In this document: piece by piece, positions 37,317 to 49,718 of the stretch | Layout of the letters: each line of letters starts with the position of its first letter | Numbering within the stretch: position 1 is the stretch's first letter | Assembly (NCBI GenBank): GCA_034678725.1 | Contig: JAXDBM010000093.1 | Coordinates: 6,798-70,797 of the forward strand | Direction: 5' to 3' | Source of the DNA: Syntrophales bacterium | Lineage (GTDB): Bacteria > Desulfobacterota > Syntrophia > Syntrophales > Fen-1087 | DNA length: 64,000 nucleotides | Notes under the pieces: generated by a model | What the model was told of the DNA's origin: nothing | Databases searched by the model: none | Seen by the model: the letters and a program-made list of their open reading frames with translations, nothing else | Translations under genes and position numbers: made by a program

Positions 37317-38633
37317 TCAGCGCCTTTTTGCGATACGTCCTTTCTTCATGAAACCTTCATATTGTCTGGTCAGCAGATGCGTTTCAATTTGACCGGCGGT
37401 GTCCAGGGCCACCCCGACCACAATGAGAAGAGCCGTCCCGCCGAAGTAGAAAGGCACATTGTAATAGCTGATCAAAATGCTGGGAAGAACACAAACCGCC
37501 GATACATAGATCGCCCCGCTGAAGGTCAGCCGGGTCAGCACGTCGTCGATATAGTCGGCCGTCTTTTTGCCGGGGCGGATACCCGGCACATAGCCTCCAT
37601 ACTTCTTCATGTTATCTGCAACGTCCACGGGGTTGAAGGTGACCGCCGTATAGAAATAACAGAAGAAGACGATGAATGCCACGTAGAGCAACTCGTAACC
37701 GACCCTTCCCGGAACAAGCGCACCGGCCAGCGTCTTCATCCAGGGATGCGGTATGAAGTTGGCGATGGTCGCCGGGAACATGATGATCGAAGAAGCAAAA
37801 ATTGGCGGGATAACTCCCGCGGTGTTCACTTTCAGAGGAAGATGCGTCGTTTGTCCGCCATACATCTTCCGACCCACAATCCGCTTGGCATATTGTACAG
37901 GGATCCGCCGCTGTCCGCTTTCCACGAAGACGATGACTGCCACGACCACCAGCATCATGATGATGAGAAACAGGACAAAAAATATGCCCATCTCCCCGGT
38001 CGACATCAGGCTGAAAGTGCTCAAAATGGCTGCGGGCGCCCGGCAGACGATGCCTGCAAAAATGATCAGCGAGATTCCGTTGCCGATCCCCTTTTCAGTG
38101 ATCTGCTCCCCGAGCCACATGATGAAGGACGTCCCGGCTGTCAGCGTAATGACCGTCATCAGCCGGAAACCCCAGCCGGGTTCGATCACAATGGATACGC
38201 CGGTCGGACCGGCCATGTTTTCCAGCCCGATGGCGATGCCGAAACCCTGGATGATGCTCAGGATCACGGTTCCGTATCGCGTATACTGGGTAATTTTCCT
38301 TCTGCCCGCATCCCCTTCCTTGGACAGCTTCTCCAGATAGGGAAAAGCCACCGTCAGCAGCTGAAGGATAATGGATGCGCTGATGTAGGGCATGATCCCC
38401 AAGGCAAAAACCGACAGATTGCTCAAAGCACCGCCCGCGAACATGTCAAAGAGCCCAAGCAATGAACCTTTTGCCTGCGCAAAAAACGCCGCCAGGGCGA
38501 CGGTATCGATTCCCGGCGTCGGAACATGCGCCCCGATCCTGTACACAATGAGCAGCAGAAAGGTATAGAGAATCCGCTTCTGGAGTTCAGGTATCTTGGA
38601 TATGTTTTTTAAGCCGTCTAACAAATCAGACAA
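37317..38633 (-). CDS. secY: Preprotein translocase subunit SecY
   Basis: 438 aa, polytopic, ...[17 protein letters not shown]... Confidence 0.97.
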   Translation of the reverse strand: MSDLLDGLKNISKIPELQKRILYTFLLLIVYRIGAHVPTPGIDTVALAAFFAQAKGSLLGLFDMFAGGALSNLSVFALGIMPYISASIILQLLTVAFPYLEKLSKEGDAGRRKITQYTRYGTVILSIIQGFGIAIGLENMAGPTGVSIVIEPGWGFRLMTVITLTAGTSFIMWLGEQITEKGIGNGISLIIFAGIVCRAPAAILSTFSLMSTGEMGIFFVLFLIIMMLVVVAVIVFVESGQRRIPVQYAKRIVGRKMYGGQTTHLPLKVNTAGVIPPIFASSIIMFPATIANFIPHPWMKTLAGALVPGRVGYELLYVAFIVFFCYFYTAVTFNPVDVADNMKKYGGYVPGIRPGKKTADYIDDVLTRLTFSGAIYVSAVCVLPSILISYYNVPFYFGGTALLIVVGVALDTAGQIETHLLTRQYEGFMKKGRIAKRR

Positions 38634-39069
38634 CCTCTATAATCGAACCGCCGGCAGCTTCGATTTTGCTCCTGGCGCTACGGCTAACCCTGCGCACCTT
38701 GAGCGAAAGAGGGTGCCCCAAATCTCCCTTACCCAGAATCTTGATGCCGTCACCCTTTCTTTTGACCAGACCGGCCTGAAGAAGACCATCCTCGTCAATG
38801 ACTGAACCTTCGGGAAATCGTTTCAACTGTTCAATGTTGACCGCAATGATTTCCTTACGGAATGTGTTGCGGAAGCCTCGCTTGGGCAATCTCCTCGCCA
38901 GGGGCATCTGCCCGCCTTCAAAACCGTGCCCGACACCGCCACCGGAACGTGCCTTCTGGCCCTTGGCGCCTTTACAGGATGTCCCGCCGTGGCCCGATCC
39001 GTCCCCGCGCCCCACTCTTTTCCTCTTTTTCCGCGATCCTGCAGGGGGTTTTAGTGAGCCAAGATTCAT
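38626..39069 (-). CDS. rplO: 50S ribosomal protein L15
   Basis: [31 protein letters not shown]. Confidence 0.96.
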   Translation of the reverse strand: MNLGSLKPPAGSRKKRKRVGRGDGSGHGGTSCKGAKGQKARSGGGVGHGFEGGQMPLARRLPKRGFRNTFRKEIIAVNIEQLKRFPEGSVIDEDGLLQAGLVKRKGDGIKILGKGDLGHPLSLKVRRVSRSARSKIEAAGGSIIEVV

Positions 39070-39263
39070 ATGTCCTTCCCCTTCACTTCTTCCATGGAGA
39101 CCAGATGACCGACCTTCCTGACCATTCCCCGAATTTCGGGGGTGTCATGGAGCAATACGGAACGATTCAGCTTCCGGAGGCCCATACCGGCAAGAATTTT
39201 GCGCTGCGCTTCCGGCCTGCCAATATAGCTTTTCAGCAGTGTTATCTTGATTTTCTTCTGCAC
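39066..39263 (-). CDS. rpmD: 50S ribosomal protein L30 (GTG start)
   Basis: (V/M)[50 protein letters not shown]. The 112-aa track ORF is trimmed to GTG 39263. Confidence 0.9.
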   Translation of the reverse strand: MQKKIKITLLKSYIGRPEAQRKILAGMGLRKLNRSVLLHDTPEIRGMVRKVGHLVSMEEVKGKDI

Positions 39264-39274
39264 GAATGACCCCT

Positions 39275-39793
39275 TTACGAGGAGAGTGGCGCCTCCGCTG
39301 TACGCTTCCCTCTCAATGCTAAGATCTGATCCGGACTTTTCAGTCTGCAAAGACCGTCGATGGTTGCCTTGACCAGGTTGTGCGGGTTGTGGGAACCTAA
39401 ACATTTGGTCAGGATATTGTGAACGCCGGCCACTTCCAGTACCGCCCGGACCGCCCCGCCGGCGATCAGGCCGGTCCCTTCGGATGCCGGTTTCAAAAGA
39501 ACCCTGCCAGCGCCGTAGTGACCGATCACCTCGTAAGGAATGGTTCTGTTCACAACAGCGACCTGTGTCATGTTTTTCTTTGCCTGCTCCGTACCCTTTC
39601 TGATCGCTTCCGGAACTTCATGGGCTTTCCCCAGGCCCGCACCGACAGAACCCTGGCCGTCTCCTACAACAACAACGGCGCTGAACCTGAAGCGCCTCCC
39701 TCCCTTAACGACTTTGGCCGTCCTGTTGATCGCAATCACTCTGTCAAGAAGTTCCAATTCTTCCATAAATTCCCCACTCAACCCCTGTGCCAT
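39275..39793 (-). CDS. rpsE: 30S ribosomal protein S5
   Basis: ...[27 protein letters not shown]. Confidence 0.96.
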   Translation of the reverse strand: MAQGLSGEFMEELELLDRVIAINRTAKVVKGGRRFRFSAVVVVGDGQGSVGAGLGKAHEVPEAIRKGTEQAKKNMTQVAVVNRTIPYEVIGHYGAGRVLLKPASEGTGLIAGGAVRAVLEVAGVHNILTKCLGSHNPHNLVKATIDGLCRLKSPDQILALRGKRTAEAPLSS

Positions 39794-39822
39794 TGCAAAA
39801 AAACCACCTGATCTCTCATCCG

Positions 39823-40188
39823 CTAAAATTTCATCCCCGTCTCGCGAACCGCTTCAGCAAGCGCCCGGACACGACCATGATAGAGAAAACTGCCCCGGTC
39901 AAAGACAACTTGAGAAATACCCATGTCCTGAAGACGCTTGGACACCAGTCTGCCGACTTCCTTTGCCTGATCCACCTTGTTCAATTTCCCCAGGCTGCCT
40001 TTCAATTCCTGACTCAACGTAGAAGCCTCAGCGATCGTCTTCTGTGCATCGTCAGCAATGGCCTGCACGTAAATATGCAATGCGCTCCGGAACACCGACA
40101 AACGTGGCTTCGCTTCCGTTCCGAATATTTTTGCCCTGACTCTTGCCTTTCGCTTCACCCTGATCTTTTTTATCTTCTTGGATGCCAA
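39823..40188 (-). CDS. rplR: 50S ribosomal protein L18
   Basis: ...[16 protein letters not shown]...[25 protein letters not shown]. Confidence 0.96.
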   Translation of the reverse strand: MASKKIKKIRVKRKARVRAKIFGTEAKPRLSVFRSALHIYVQAIADDAQKTIAEASTLSQELKGSLGKLNKVDQAKEVGRLVSKRLQDMGISQVVFDRGSFLYHGRVRALAEAVRETGMKF

Positions 40189-40261
40189 TTCCCTACCTCT
40201 TTCAAGCCGCCTGACGACCTCGAATTTCTTCTCGTCTCAGTCTCGCTTTCTTCATCAATGG

Positions 40262-40801
40262 TCAGCTTCCTACGGATTTCCCAACTTTCCGCCTTACAAT
40301 TTCACCTGTGTATTTGATCCCCTTGCCTTTGTATGGTTCCGGTTTTTTCAGCGCCCGGATTTCCGCGGCGACGCGGCCGACAAGTTGTTTGTCAATACCG
40401 GACACAACGATATTCACGAGTTTGTCAACCTTGATGTTGATTCCTTCCGGAATCACATATTCCACCGGACTGGAATACCCGACCACCAGGCGAAGCCGGT
40501 CATTGCTCGTCTCTGCCCGGTAGCCGACACCGGAAAGCTCCAGACCCTTTTCGAAACCCTTGCTGACTCCCGTTACCATGTTGTCGACGAGTGTTCTTAT
40601 CAGTCCATGATAGGATCTTGCCTTTCTGCTGTCGGATGCTTTTTTGACCGTTACGGATTTCGGATCGAGTGCCACCTCGATTTCCGGCGGAACTTCCATG
40701 GAAAGTTTCCCTTTGGGGCCCTCAAACCTGAGCGTGGCTTGATCCTGAAAAATTTTGACGCCACCCGGAACCGATACGGGCTTTTTACCTATCCTTGACA
40801 T
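40262..40801 (-). CDS. rplF: 50S ribosomal protein L6
   Basis: MSRIGKKPVSVPGGVKI...PEPYKGKGIKY. Confidence 0.97.
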   Translation of the reverse strand: MSRIGKKPVSVPGGVKIFQDQATLRFEGPKGKLSMEVPPEIEVALDPKSVTVKKASDSRKARSYHGLIRTLVDNMVTGVSKGFEKGLELSGVGYRAETSNDRLRLVVGYSSPVEYVIPEGINIKVDKLVNIVVSGIDKQLVGRVAAEIRALKKPEPYKGKGIKYTGEIVRRKVGKSVGS

Positions 40802-40839
40802 GAACGACTCCCATACCCACTAAGTTTTCAAAACACGCC

Positions 40840-41241
40840 TTACCAGACATTGCAAAGGATCTCACCGCCGATATTCAGGTCCCGGGCCTCTTTGTCCGTT
40901 AGGATCCCTCTGGATGTAGACAGAATCGCCGTTCCATACCCATTCAACACCCTGGGAATTTTTTCACCTCGCACATAGATGCGACGCCCCGGCCTGCTGA
41001 CCCTCTGAATATCCGTGATGACGGATTTCTTACCATCCTGATATTTCAGATAAATCCGCAACTTTTCACGACCGCCATCATCTTTTTTGGCGTCATAACC
41101 GCTGATATACCCCGCTTTTTTCAATACATCGGCAATACGTACATTCATGCGGGACATCGAAACATCTGCGCTCTTGAAACGGCCGCGATTTGCATTTCTG
41201 ATTCTGGTTAACATATCCGCGATCGGATCGGTCATCCCCAT
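40840..41241 (-). CDS. rpsH: 30S ribosomal protein S8
   Basis: MGMTDPIADMLTRIRNAN. Confidence 0.97.
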   Translation of the reverse strand: MGMTDPIADMLTRIRNANRGRFKSADVSMSRMNVRIADVLKKAGYISGYDAKKDDGGREKLRIYLKYQDGKKSVITDIQRVSRPGRRIYVRGEKIPRVLNGYGTAILSTSRGILTDKEARDLNIGGEILCNVW

Positions 41242-41263
41242 AAAAAACTCCTTGATATTCTTC

Positions 41264-41449
41264 CTACCAGCTCGATTTTACGACACCCGGTATCTCCCCT
41301 TTAAGGGAAAGATTCCTCAGGCAGATTCTGCACATATCAAATTTCCGGTAATATGCCCTCGGTCTGCCGCAAATCGGGCAACGATTGTATGCGCGGACTG
41401 AAAATTTAACAGCTCTTTTGGTTTTTGCGATTAACGATTTTTTTGCCAC
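41264..41449 (-). CDS. rpsN: 30S ribosomal protein S14, type Z (zinc-binding, 61 aa)
   Basis: (V/M)[11 protein letters not shown]...[20 protein letters not shown]. The second GTG (41449) is preferred because GGAGGA lies 6 nt upstream of it. Confidence 0.93.
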   Translation of the reverse strand: MAKKSLIAKTKRAVKFSVRAYNRCPICGRPRAYYRKFDMCRICLRNLSLKGEIPGVVKSSW

Positions 41450-41491
41450 TCCCACTCCTCCAGAGGTTTACCGTGCCTGTGTCCCGTAATA

Positions 41492-42031
41492 TTAATTTCT
41501 GAATGGCACACCCATGAGCTTCAACAGTTGACGTGCCTCGTCATCCGTTTTCGCGGTCGTCACAACAACAATATTCATCCCCCTGATTTTATCGATCTTG
41601 TCATAATCAATTTCCGGAAAGATGATCTGCTCTTTCAAGCCCAGCGCAAAATTTCCGCGCCCATCAAAGGATTTCGGAGAAATACCCCGGAAATCGCGAA
41701 CTCTGGGCAGATTGATATTCACCAATCGATCGAAAAACTCGTACATTCGCTCCTTCCTGAGCGTCACAGAGCATCCGATCGACATTCCCTGTCGAAGTTT
41801 AAAGGTTGCAATGGATCGCCTCGCCTTGGTGATGACCGGCTTTTGTCCCGTAATGAGGGAAAGCTCCTGAACGGCGCTGTCCAGAATTTTGATGTTCTGA
41901 ATCGCCTCGCCGAGTCCCATGTTGATGACGATTTTCTCGAGTCTCGGAACCTGCATGCGATTTTTGTAATCAAAAATCTTGATTAACGCGGGGACAACTT
42001 CCTTTTCATAATGATCTTTTAGTCTTGCCAT
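41492..42031 (-). CDS. rplE: 50S ribosomal protein L5
   Basis: [39 protein letters not shown]. Confidence 0.97.
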   Translation of the reverse strand: MARLKDHYEKEVVPALIKIFDYKNRMQVPRLEKIVINMGLGEAIQNIKILDSAVQELSLITGQKPVITKARRSIATFKLRQGMSIGCSVTLRKERMYEFFDRLVNINLPRVRDFRGISPKSFDGRGNFALGLKEQIIFPEIDYDKIDKIRGMNIVVVTTAKTDDEARQLLKLMGVPFRN

Positions 42032-42045
42032 TTTCCGGACCTATG

Positions 42046-42366
42046 TTATGCATCCAATATTTCTTGACATTTCTTGCAGATGCGGACCTTCTTGCCGTCA
42101 TCCAGGACCTTGTAGCCCACCTTGACGCCCCTGTCGCACTTGCTGCATAGGAACATCACGTTCGACATCTGCAGCGGGCCTTCTTTTTCCACAATTCCCC
42201 CTTTGCCTTTCGCATCGGGCTTCTGATGTTTTTTTACAAAGTTCACCTTCTCGACAATTACTTTTCCTTCTTTACGGATGATCTTCATGATCTTGCCGGT
42301 TTTCCCTTTTTCCTTGCCGGCTTCGACCTTGACCATGTCCCCTTTTTTCAATCTGTTATGCTGCAT
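42046..42366 (-). CDS. rplX: 50S ribosomal protein L24 with a C-terminal CxxC...CxxC
   Basis: MQHNRLKKGDMVKVEAGKEKGKTGKIMKI...CSKCDRGVKVGYKVLDDGKKVRICKKC. Confidence 0.95.
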   Translation of the reverse strand: MQHNRLKKGDMVKVEAGKEKGKTGKIMKIIRKEGKVIVEKVNFVKKHQKPDAKGKGGIVEKEGPLQMSNVMFLCSKCDRGVKVGYKVLDDGKKVRICKKCQEILDA

Positions 42367-42415
42367 ATCTCAATCCCTGTCTGCTTGATTGTTGTTGCGC
42401 CCCGGTTTCCTTGGA

Positions 42416-42784
42416 TTACAACACCTCCGGCGCCAGGGAAATGATTTTCATAAATTGCTTCGCCCTCAATTCCCGTGCGACCGGCCCGAATATTCTTGTT
42501 CCTACGGGTTCCAGTTGATTATTGATCAGCACGGCGGAATTGTCATCGAATTTCAAGAACGTTCCGTCCGGCCTTCGCGTTCCCTTGGCGGTTCTTACGA
42601 TGACCGCCTTCATCACGTCACCTTTTTTCACCTTGGAGTTCGGGATGGCCTCTTTCACCGAAACGACGATCACATCACCCACGCCTGCGTATCTTCTCTT
42701 GGATCCGCCCAGAACCTTGACACAGGCGACTTTCTTCGCACCCGAATTATCCGCCACGTTTAAAACCGTTTGCATCTGAATCAT
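42416..42784 (-). CDS. rplN: 50S ribosomal protein L14
   Basis: [28 protein letters not shown]. Confidence 0.98.
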   Translation of the reverse strand: MIQMQTVLNVADNSGAKKVACVKVLGGSKRRYAGVGDVIVVSVKEAIPNSKVKKGDVMKAVIVRTAKGTRRPDGTFLKFDDNSAVLINNQLEPVGTRIFGPVARELRAKQFMKIISLAPEVL

Positions 42785-42827
42785 ATCTCAACTCCGCCGA
42801 ACCGAAAGCTTCACCCCGCCTGATTTT

Positions 42828-43085
42828 CTATTTGGCCTTCTCCAACACCTCAATCATCCGCCAACGCTTCTCGCGACTCAACGGGCGGGACTCAATGATC
42901 AGCACCTTGTCGCCCACATTGCAGATATTCTTCTCATCGTGAGCCTTGAATTTAACATAGTTCCGGACATACTTTTGAAAAACCGGGTGTTTTACCAGTC
43001 TCTGAGCCCTGACAACAATGGTCTTATCCATCTTGTTGCTGACAACCACGGCCTTGATCATTCTTTTATTGCTTCGTTCGCCCAT
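42828..43085 (-). CDS. rpsQ: 30S ribosomal protein S17
   Basis: ...[30 protein letters not shown]. Confidence 0.96.
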   Translation of the reverse strand: MGERSNKRMIKAVVVSNKMDKTIVVRAQRLVKHPVFQKYVRNYVKFKAHDEKNICNVGDKVLIIESRPLSREKRWRMIEVLEKAK

Positions 43086-43282
43086 TACGATCCCGCGACC
43101 TCCTTCTGCCTCAGCACGGTCTGTATACGGGCAATGTCTTTGCGAACCCGGCCCATCATTGCCGGGGAATCCAATTGCCCGGAGGTATGGCGAATCCGGA
43201 GTCTGAAAAGCTCTTCCGCCAGATCCCTGCTTTTCTGCCGCAGTTCATCCACGCCCATATCCTTGATCTCCTTAATTTTCAT
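43085..43282 (-). CDS. rpmC: 50S ribosomal protein L29
   Basis: [32 protein letters not shown]. The track ORF is trimmed to ATG 43282. Confidence 0.94.
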   Translation of the reverse strand: MKIKEIKDMGVDELRQKSRDLAEELFRLRIRHTSGQLDSPAMMGRVRKDIARIQTVLRQKEVAGS

Positions 43283-43694
43283 CGGATAACTCCCTTGACA
43301 GAAACTTGGTGGATATGGGCAGCTTGTGCGACGCCAGCCGGAAAGCCTCCCGGGCCACTTCGCGGGAAACGCCTTCCATCTCATACATCACCACACCGGG
43401 TCGAATAACAGCCACCCACTCTTCCGGCGCGCCTTTTCCTTTTCCCATGCGCGTCTCCGCCGGTTTTTTGGTCACCGACTTATGGGGAAAGATACGAATC
43501 CAAATTTTGCCACCTCTTTTGACGTGGCGGGTCATGGCAACGCGAGCGGCCTCAATCTGTCTCGCAGTCAGCCAGCCACATTCCGTGGCCTGCAAACCGT
43601 ATTCACCGAAAGTCACCTGACTGCCACGAACCGCCTTGCCGCCCATGCGTCCTCTCTGCAACTTCCTGTATTTAACCCTTTTCGGAGATAACAT
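43272..43694 (-). CDS. rplP: 50S ribosomal protein L16
   Basis: [19 protein letters not shown]. Confidence 0.98.
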   Translation of the reverse strand: MLSPKRVKYRKLQRGRMGGKAVRGSQVTFGEYGLQATECGWLTARQIEAARVAMTRHVKRGGKIWIRIFPHKSVTKKPAETRMGKGKGAPEEWVAVIRPGVVMYEMEGVSREVAREAFRLASHKLPISTKFLSRELSDEN

Positions 43695-43749
43695 GTTTCA
43701 GCAACCCCAATCTCTGTACATATTCTTTTTTGGCTTTGCAAAAATTCGT

Positions 43750-44400
43750 CTATTTATTCGTCTCTTTCTTGCCGGGCAGAACTTCTCCATGAAATATCAA
43801 TACTTTGACACCGATTAAGCCATAAGCGGTGTGGGCTTCCGTGAAACCGCAATCGATATCCGCTCTCAAGGTATGCAGAGGCACTCTTCCCTCGCGATAC
43901 CATTCGGATCTCGCCATTTCAGACCCGCCCAGCCTGCCGCCGCAGTTCACCCGGATCCCCTTCGCGCCAAACTTCAAAGCGGAGGTCACACATTTTTTCA
44001 TCGCCCGTCTGAAGGCGACACGCCGCTCCAACTGGAGAGCAATATTTTCGGCAACGAGCTGCGCATCGATTTCCGGTTTTCGAACCTCCAGGATGTTGAT
44101 GATCACTTCGCTTTTGGTTACGGTTCTTTCCAGATCCTTCTTGAGTTTATCGATTTCAGAACCCTTCTTACCGATTATGATGCCGGGCCGCGCCGCGTAA
44201 ATGTTGACTTTGGCCTTGTTAGCCGCCCTTTCGATCTCTATTTTTGAAATTCCTGCATGAAAGAGCTTCTTTTTCAGGTATTTTCTGATCTTTAAATCCT
44301 CATGGAGCAATGGGCCATAATTCTTATCCGCGTACCAGAGCGACTGCCACGTCTTAATCCCTCCCAATCTTAGCCCCACCGGGTTAACCTTCTGCCCCAA
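43750..44400 (-). CDS. rpsC: 30S ribosomal protein S3
   Basis: [24 protein letters not shown]. Confidence 0.98.
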   Translation of the reverse strand: MGQKVNPVGLRLGGIKTWQSLWYADKNYGPLLHEDLKIRKYLKKKLFHAGISKIEIERAANKAKVNIYAARPGIIIGKKGSEIDKLKKDLERTVTKSEVIINILEVRKPEIDAQLVAENIALQLERRVAFRRAMKKCVTSALKFGAKGIRVNCGGRLGGSEMARSEWYREGRVPLHTLRADIDCGFTEAHTAYGLIGVKVLIFHGEVLPGKKETNK

Positions 44401-44419
44401 CCTGTCACCTCCTCAGCGC

Positions 44420-44752
44420 TTACTCTTCATCCAGGATAATGGTTATGTGGCTCATCCTTTTTTTGATCGAGGCGGCCCTTCCCTGTGCCCGGGCGCGCCA
44501 CCTTTTCAAAGATGGGCCCTGATCGACAAAAACGGCTTTCACATAAAGGATACTGTCATCGATATTCGGATTCTGTTTCGCATTGGCAATGGCCGATTTT
44601 AAAACTTTGCCGATAATTCCGCTGGCATATTTCCGCGTAAAAAGCAGCGTGCTTTCAGCTTCACGAATCTTTTTCCCTCTTACCAAATCCGCCACAAGTT
44701 TCGCTTTTTGTGGTGATATTCTGATATACTTGGCAACCGCTTTCGCTTCCAT
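44420..44752 (-). CDS. rplV: 50S ribosomal protein L22
   Basis: MEAKAVAKYIRISPQKAKLVADLVRGK. Confidence 0.97.
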   Translation of the reverse strand: MEAKAVAKYIRISPQKAKLVADLVRGKKIREAESTLLFTRKYASGIIGKVLKSAIANAKQNPNIDDSILYVKAVFVDQGPSLKRWRARAQGRAASIKKRMSHITIILDEE

Positions 44753-44790
44753 ATCCCTCTGAACTCCAAACCGTTGATCTCACCAATAGA

Positions 44791-45072
44791 TTATTTGCGG
44801 ACTTTCGATTTTCGATCACCGGCATGACTGTAAAACGTCCTTGTCGGCGCAAACTCGCCCAGTTTGTGTCCCACCATGTTCTCCGTTACGAAAACCGGCA
44901 CAAATTTCTTGCCATTGTGAACAGCAAAGGTCTGTCCAATCAACTCGGGCACCACTGTGGAACGCCGGGACCAAGTCTTAATCACGCTTTTACTGCCGGA
45001 AGAATCCGCTTTTCTGACTTTATCGAGAAGCTTTTCATCGATATACGCACCCTTTTTAACTGAACGCGCCAC
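44791..45072 (-). CDS. rpsS: 30S ribosomal protein S19
   Basis: [19 protein letters not shown]...[11 protein letters not shown]. Confidence 0.98.
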   Translation of the reverse strand: MARSVKKGAYIDEKLLDKVRKADSSGSKSVIKTWSRRSTVVPELIGQTFAVHNGKKFVPVFVTENMVGHKLGEFAPTRTFYSHAGDRKSKVRK

Positions 45073-45075
45073 CTT

Positions 45076-45897
45076 TTAACCCCTTCTCTTTACGATATAT
45101 TTGTCCGTTTTCTTGTTCTTTCTTGTCTTATGTCCCTTTGTGGGGATCCCCCATGGCGTACAGGGATGTCTCCCCCCTGAGGATTTGCCCTCTCCGCCCC
45201 CCATGGGATGGTCAACGGGATTCATGGCGACTCCCCGGACGCTGGGACGTTTTCCCAACCATCGAGATCTCCCTGCTTTGCCGATGCTCAGATTCTCGTG
45301 GTCGATATTGCTGACCTGGCCGATTGTCGCCTTGCACTCAATGAACACTTTCCGGACCTCTCCCGATGGCAGCCTGACCTGGGCATATCCTCCCTCCTTG
45401 GCCATCAGTTGCCCATAGGCGCCCGCGCTTCGAATCATCTGCGCTCCACGACCGACCTTCAGTTCAAGGTTGTGAACCAGTGTACCCAGCGGAATGTTCT
45501 TCAGGGGAACCGTATTTCCGGGTTTAATGTCCGCATTGTCGCTGCTGACGATACGATCACCCACAACCACTTTATGGGGGGCGATGACATAGCGTTTTTC
45601 ACCATCCAGATAACTGACCAGAGCAATTCTGGCGGTCCGGTTTGGATCATATTCGATGGTCACTACCTTGCCCGGCACATCCGTCTTGTCTCGTCTGAAA
45701 TCAACCAGCCTGTATTTTTTCTTGTGGCCGCCACCGATATGACGGCTGGTGATTCGCCCATTGGCATTGCGTCCCCCCGTCCTTTTCACGGGGCGCAGAA
45801 GGCTTTTTTCCGGAACCGCGACCGTGATCTCGGAAAAGTCAGAGCAGGTCTGAAATCTTCGCCCGGGTGATGTGGGTTTATACTTTCTGATTGCCAT
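45076..45897 (-). CDS. rplB: 50S ribosomal protein L2
   Basis: [17 protein letters not shown]...HPMGGGEGK. Confidence 0.98.
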   Translation of the reverse strand: MAIRKYKPTSPGRRFQTCSDFSEITVAVPEKSLLRPVKRTGGRNANGRITSRHIGGGHKKKYRLVDFRRDKTDVPGKVVTIEYDPNRTARIALVSYLDGEKRYVIAPHKVVVGDRIVSSDNADIKPGNTVPLKNIPLGTLVHNLELKVGRGAQMIRSAGAYGQLMAKEGGYAQVRLPSGEVRKVFIECKATIGQVSNIDHENLSIGKAGRSRWLGKRPSVRGVAMNPVDHPMGGGEGKSSGGRHPCTPWGIPTKGHKTRKNKKTDKYIVKRRG

Positions 45898-45915
45898 AAA
45901 TGAGATCCCTCCCCT

Positions 45916-46203
45916 CTATACTCCCTCGTAGACCTCAATGCGATTGCCGGGAGCCAAGGTGACAACGGCCTTCTTCCACGAGCGTTTCTGTCCGACAACC
46001 CTGCCCAGCCGTTTTTTCTTGCCCGTCACATTCATGACATGAACGTTGAGGACCTTGACTTTGAAGAGTTTCTCAATCGCGTTGACAATTTCGATTTTAT
46101 TCGCCCTGCGATCGACCTCAAAGACATATTTATTGGCCTCTTCCCTTGCGAGGGTGCTCTTTTCCGTAATCAGCGCTTTTTTAATGATGCGATACAGTTC
46201 CAT
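45916..46203 (-). CDS. rplW: 50S ribosomal protein L23
   Basis: 95 aa, ...[22 protein letters not shown]. Confidence 0.96.
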   Translation of the reverse strand: MELYRIIKKALITEKSTLAREEANKYVFEVDRRANKIEIVNAIEKLFKVKVLNVHVMNVTGKKKRLGRVVGQKRSWKKAVVTLAPGNRIEVYEGV

Positions 46204-46826
46204 TATGCCAATAATGCCCCTTCAATCATTCTCACAGAGGGTTCCAGAAGTACGACATGATCATGTTTTAACAGGTCATAAACATTGATTCCCTCTGATT
46301 TGATCATTTTAATGTCGCTGAGGTTTTTTGAAGATTTTTCCAATACCTGATTCGGCTTGTCCAGAATGAAGAGGGCTTTCCGGAAGCCGAACCGTTCAAC
46401 GACTTCCTTGAATTTCCGTGTTTTGATCTCTTCCATGGGAAATTCCTTGAGGATAACGATTCGATCCTCGCTGAATTTCATGCTGAGGGCGGAGATGATG
46501 GCCGCTTTCCTTACTTTTCTGGGAACTTTAAAGGCATGTTCTTTCGGCCTGGGACCGAAGACCGTCCCCCCGCCCCTCCAAAGTGGCGAGCGTGTTGTAC
46601 CCGCTCTTGCCCGGCCCGTTCCCTTCTGGCGCCATGGTTTCTTTCCGCCGCCCCGAATATCGCCCCGCTCCTTGGTCGCAGCCGTTCCCTGACGTCTCGA
46701 TGCCATCTGCATCCGGACGACCTCGTAGACGACATCGTGATTGGCCTGGGCGCCGAAAACGGCATCGTTCAATTCAATCTGCGACACCTTGTTCTTATCA
46801 ATATCAAATACATCCGCAACCGGCAT
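46203..46826 (-). CDS. rplD: 50S ribosomal protein L4
   Basis: ...[30 protein letters not shown]. Confidence 0.97.
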   Translation of the reverse strand: MPVADVFDIDKNKVSQIELNDAVFGAQANHDVVYEVVRMQMASRRQGTAATKERGDIRGGGKKPWRQKGTGRARAGTTRSPLWRGGGTVFGPRPKEHAFKVPRKVRKAAIISALSMKFSEDRIVILKEFPMEEIKTRKFKEVVERFGFRKALFILDKPNQVLEKSSKNLSDIKMIKSEGINVYDLLKHDHVVLLEPSVRMIEGALLA

Positions 46827-46840
46827 ATCGACTCCCGAAT

Positions 46841-47479
46841 CTAACTGAGCGACCTTGCTTTGATCGCCCTTTTAATCAGCACGATCCCGTTCTTTCCACC
46901 GGGCACGGCTCCCTTGACCAGGATCAGATTTTGTTCAGGCCTGACCGCCCATACTATCACATTCTGAATGGTTACCCTCTCGCTTCCCATATGCCCCGGC
47001 AACTTCTTTCCCTTGAAGACCCTGGAAGGATCTGCACTGGCGCCGATGGAACCCGGAGCCCGGTGAAACATGGAGCCATGGGTCGCTCTGCCTCCGCTGA
47101 AGCCGTGCCTTTTCACAACACCGGCAAAGCCTTTACCCTTTGAGGTGCCGGAAACATCGACGTAATCGCCGACTTTGAAAAGATCGACCTTCAGTTCCTG
47201 ACCGAGTTCATAAGCATTTGAAGCGGTCCTGAATTCCCGAAGCAACCTGAAGAGCCCTTTGTCCGCCTTATTGAAGTGCCCCTGAAGCGCTTTCGTGACA
47301 TTCTTCCGCTTCACGCGCCCGAAACCCAGCTGGACGGCATCATACCCGTCGATATCCCGAGTCTTTTTTTGTATCACAACGGAGGGTTCCGCCTCGATGA
47401 CCGTTACCGCCACAGACTCTCCAAGTTCTGAAAAGATCTGCGTCATCCCCAGTTTTTTGCCAATGATTCCTATTTCCAT
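46841..47479 (-). CDS. rplC: 50S ribosomal protein L3
   Basis: [16 protein letters not shown]. The track ORF begins 6 codons earlier at GTG 47497. The start is uncertain. Confidence 0.95.
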   Translation of the reverse strand: MEIGIIGKKLGMTQIFSELGESVAVTVIEAEPSVVIQKKTRDIDGYDAVQLGFGRVKRKNVTKALQGHFNKADKGLFRLLREFRTASNAYELGQELKVDLFKVGDYVDVSGTSKGKGFAGVVKRHGFSGGRATHGSMFHRAPGSIGASADPSRVFKGKKLPGHMGSERVTIQNVIVWAVRPEQNLILVKGAVPGGKNGIVLIKRAIKARSLS

Positions 47480-47565
47480 GATTTCACACGTCTTCACGAA
47501 ACCGGTATTCTCAAGAAAAACAGGAGATGGATTTCCCGGAACCGTCCATCTCCCTTGCCTGAAAT

Positions 47566-47874
47566 CTAAAGTTTGATCTCCACATCCACGCCGGCAGACA
47601 GATCCAGTTTCATCAGGGCATCCACGGTAGACTGCGTCGGCTCAATGATATCGATCAGGCGCTTGTGTGTCCTGATTTCAAACTGCTCTCTCGACTTCTT
47701 GTCCACATGGGGAGATCGGTTGACACAGTACTTGTTGATTTCCGTCGGGAGCGGAATCGGCCCTGCTACACGGGCGCCCGTCCTTCTGGCCGTCTCTACG
47801 ATATCCTCAACGGATCGATCCAGTAGCTTGTAATCGTACGCTTTGAGGCGGATTCTAATTTTTTGATCTTTCAT
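47566..47874 (-). CDS. rpsJ: 30S ribosomal protein S10
   Basis: [34 protein letters not shown]. Confidence 0.98.
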   Translation of the reverse strand: MKDQKIRIRLKAYDYKLLDRSVEDIVETARRTGARVAGPIPLPTEINKYCVNRSPHVDKKSREQFEIRTHKRLIDIIEPTQSTVDALMKLDLSAGVDVEIKL

Positions 47875-47901
47875 GATTTATACAATCTCATCCGTTTCGC
47901 T

Positions 47902-49095
47902 TCATTCGATGATCTTGCTGACAACGCCCGCGCCGACTGTTCTGCCACCTTCCCGTATGGCAAACCGGAGCTGTTCCTCCATGGCAATGGGGGTAATGAG
48001 CTGGATCTCCAGATTGACATTGTCGCCCGGCATCACCATTTCGACCCCTTCGGGAAGCGTGCAAACGCCGGTCACGTCAGTCGTCCGGAAGTAAAACTGG
48101 GGCCGGTAGCCGGGGAAAAACGGGGTATGCCGGCCGCCTTCTTCTTTGGTCAAAACATAAACGGCAGCGTTGAACTTCGTGTGCGGCGTGATGGATCCGG
48201 GCTTTGCGACGACCTGACCCCTTTCCACTTCCTCGCGCTTGGTTCCTCTCAAAAGGACGCCGATGTCATCGCCTGCGCGTCCCTCATCCAGCGTTTTACG
48301 GAACATTTCCACGCCGGTGCAAACGGTTTTAAAGGTCGGGCGAATCCCGATGATCTCCACTTCGTCACCGGTGCGAATGATCCCGCGATCAACCCTGCCG
48401 GTCACCACTGTTCCGCGGCCGGAAATAGAAAACACATCCCCTACGGGCATCAGGAAGGGCTTGTCCAGGACACGAACCGGCTCGGGAATGTACTCGTCAA
48501 CGGCATCCATCAGTTTGAAGATGGACTGGACATCCGGATCGTTTTCATCATCGCTCTCGAGCGCCTTGAGCGCCGATCCACGAATGATCGGAAGTTCATC
48601 CCCGGGAAATTCGTATGCCGTAAGCAGCTCTCTCAACTCCAGTTCCACGAGGTCAAGCAACTCCGGGTCGTCGACCAAGTCGACTTTATTCATGTAGACG
48701 ACGATATAGGGAACCTGAACCTGTCTTGCAAGGAGGATGTGCTCCCGGGTCTGGGGCATGGGGCCGTCGGATGCGGCAACAACCAGAATGGTGCCGTCCA
48801 TATGCGCCGCTCCGGAAATCATGTTTTTGATATAGTCCGCGTGACCGGGACAATCCACATGGGCATAATGCCTCTTGGCAGTCTGATACTCCACGTGGCA
48901 GATGTTGATGGTCACGCCTCTTTCCTTTTCTTCGGGGGCATTGTCGATGGAGTCAAAAGGCCTGAATTCAGCCAACCCTTTCTTGGCCAAGTGTTTGGTG
49001 ATCGCGGCCGTCAATGTGGTTTTTCCATGATCCACATGCCCAATCGTCCCGATATTGAGATGCGGCTTTGTCCTTTCAAATTTTTTCTTAGCCAT
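47902..49095 (-). CDS. tuf: Elongation factor Tu
   Basis: 397 aa, [28 protein letters not shown]...DCPGHADY. Confidence 0.99.
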   Translation of the reverse strand: MAKKKFERTKPHLNIGTIGHVDHGKTTLTAAITKHLAKKGLAEFRPFDSIDNAPEEKERGVTINICHVEYQTAKRHYAHVDCPGHADYIKNMISGAAHMDGTILVVAASDGPMPQTREHILLARQVQVPYIVVYMNKVDLVDDPELLDLVELELRELLTAYEFPGDELPIIRGSALKALESDDENDPDVQSIFKLMDAVDEYIPEPVRVLDKPFLMPVGDVFSISGRGTVVTGRVDRGIIRTGDEVEIIGIRPTFKTVCTGVEMFRKTLDEGRAGDDIGVLLRGTKREEVERGQVVAKPGSITPHTKFNAAVYVLTKEEGGRHTPFFPGYRPQFYFRTTDVTGVCTLPEGVEMVMPGDNVNLEIQLITPIAMEEQLRFAIREGGRTVGAGVVSKIIE

Positions 49096-49232
49096 TTTTT
49101 CCTACCTCCTTAAGCGTTGAATGGTTCCGTTGTTGTCCTATTCGATTTCAGACCTTTGCTTCATGCCTTTCCCGTTTATGCAAGCATCATCCCACAGGTT
49201 CCGACGGCAGGGATTCGCCCTTTACCGAAAAA

Positions 49233-49703
49233 CTAAAATCTGTAATGGGCAAACGCTTTGTTCGCCTCCGCCATCTTGTGGACGCTCTCTCTTTTTTTGA
49301 TGGCCGCCCCGCGATTATTGGCAGCATCAATCAGTTCCGCGGCCAATTTTTCCTTCATTGTTTTTTCGGTTCTCTCCCTCGAATGCAAAATCAGCCAGCG
49401 AATCCCGAGAGCAAGACGCCGGGACGGCACAACTTCGGTAGGAACCTGATACGTGGACCCCCCAACCCGTCGCGATTTCACCTCAATCACCGGTTTGACG
49501 TTATTGATCGCCTTCTCAAACACTTCGACCGGAGATTCCTTGGTGCGCTTTTCGATGATGTCAAAGGAACCGTATAGGATCGATTCAGCGACGCTTTTTT
49601 TGCCCCTCTTCAGAAGGTTGTTGATAAACTTCGCTACCAGTTTGTTGTTGTACTTCGGATCCGGCAGTATTTCCCTTTTTGCGATTTCCCTTCTTCGCGG
49701 CAT
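49233..49703 (-). CDS. rpsG: 30S ribosomal protein S7
   Basis: [20 protein letters not shown]. Confidence 0.98.
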   Translation of the reverse strand: MPRRREIAKREILPDPKYNNKLVAKFINNLLKRGKKSVAESILYGSFDIIEKRTKESPVEVFEKAINNVKPVIEVKSRRVGGSTYQVPTEVVPSRRLALGIRWLILHSRERTEKTMKEKLAAELIDAANNRGAAIKKRESVHKMAEANKAFAHYRF

Positions 49704-49718
49704 ATGAATATCTCCATC

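Noticed and set aside
49096-49232. The spacer between rpsG and tuf, examined for a fusA remnant or small ORF
   Set aside because: 137 nt is too short for a remnant. No frame shows EF-G-like residues, and I could not support a convincing promoter hexamer pair.
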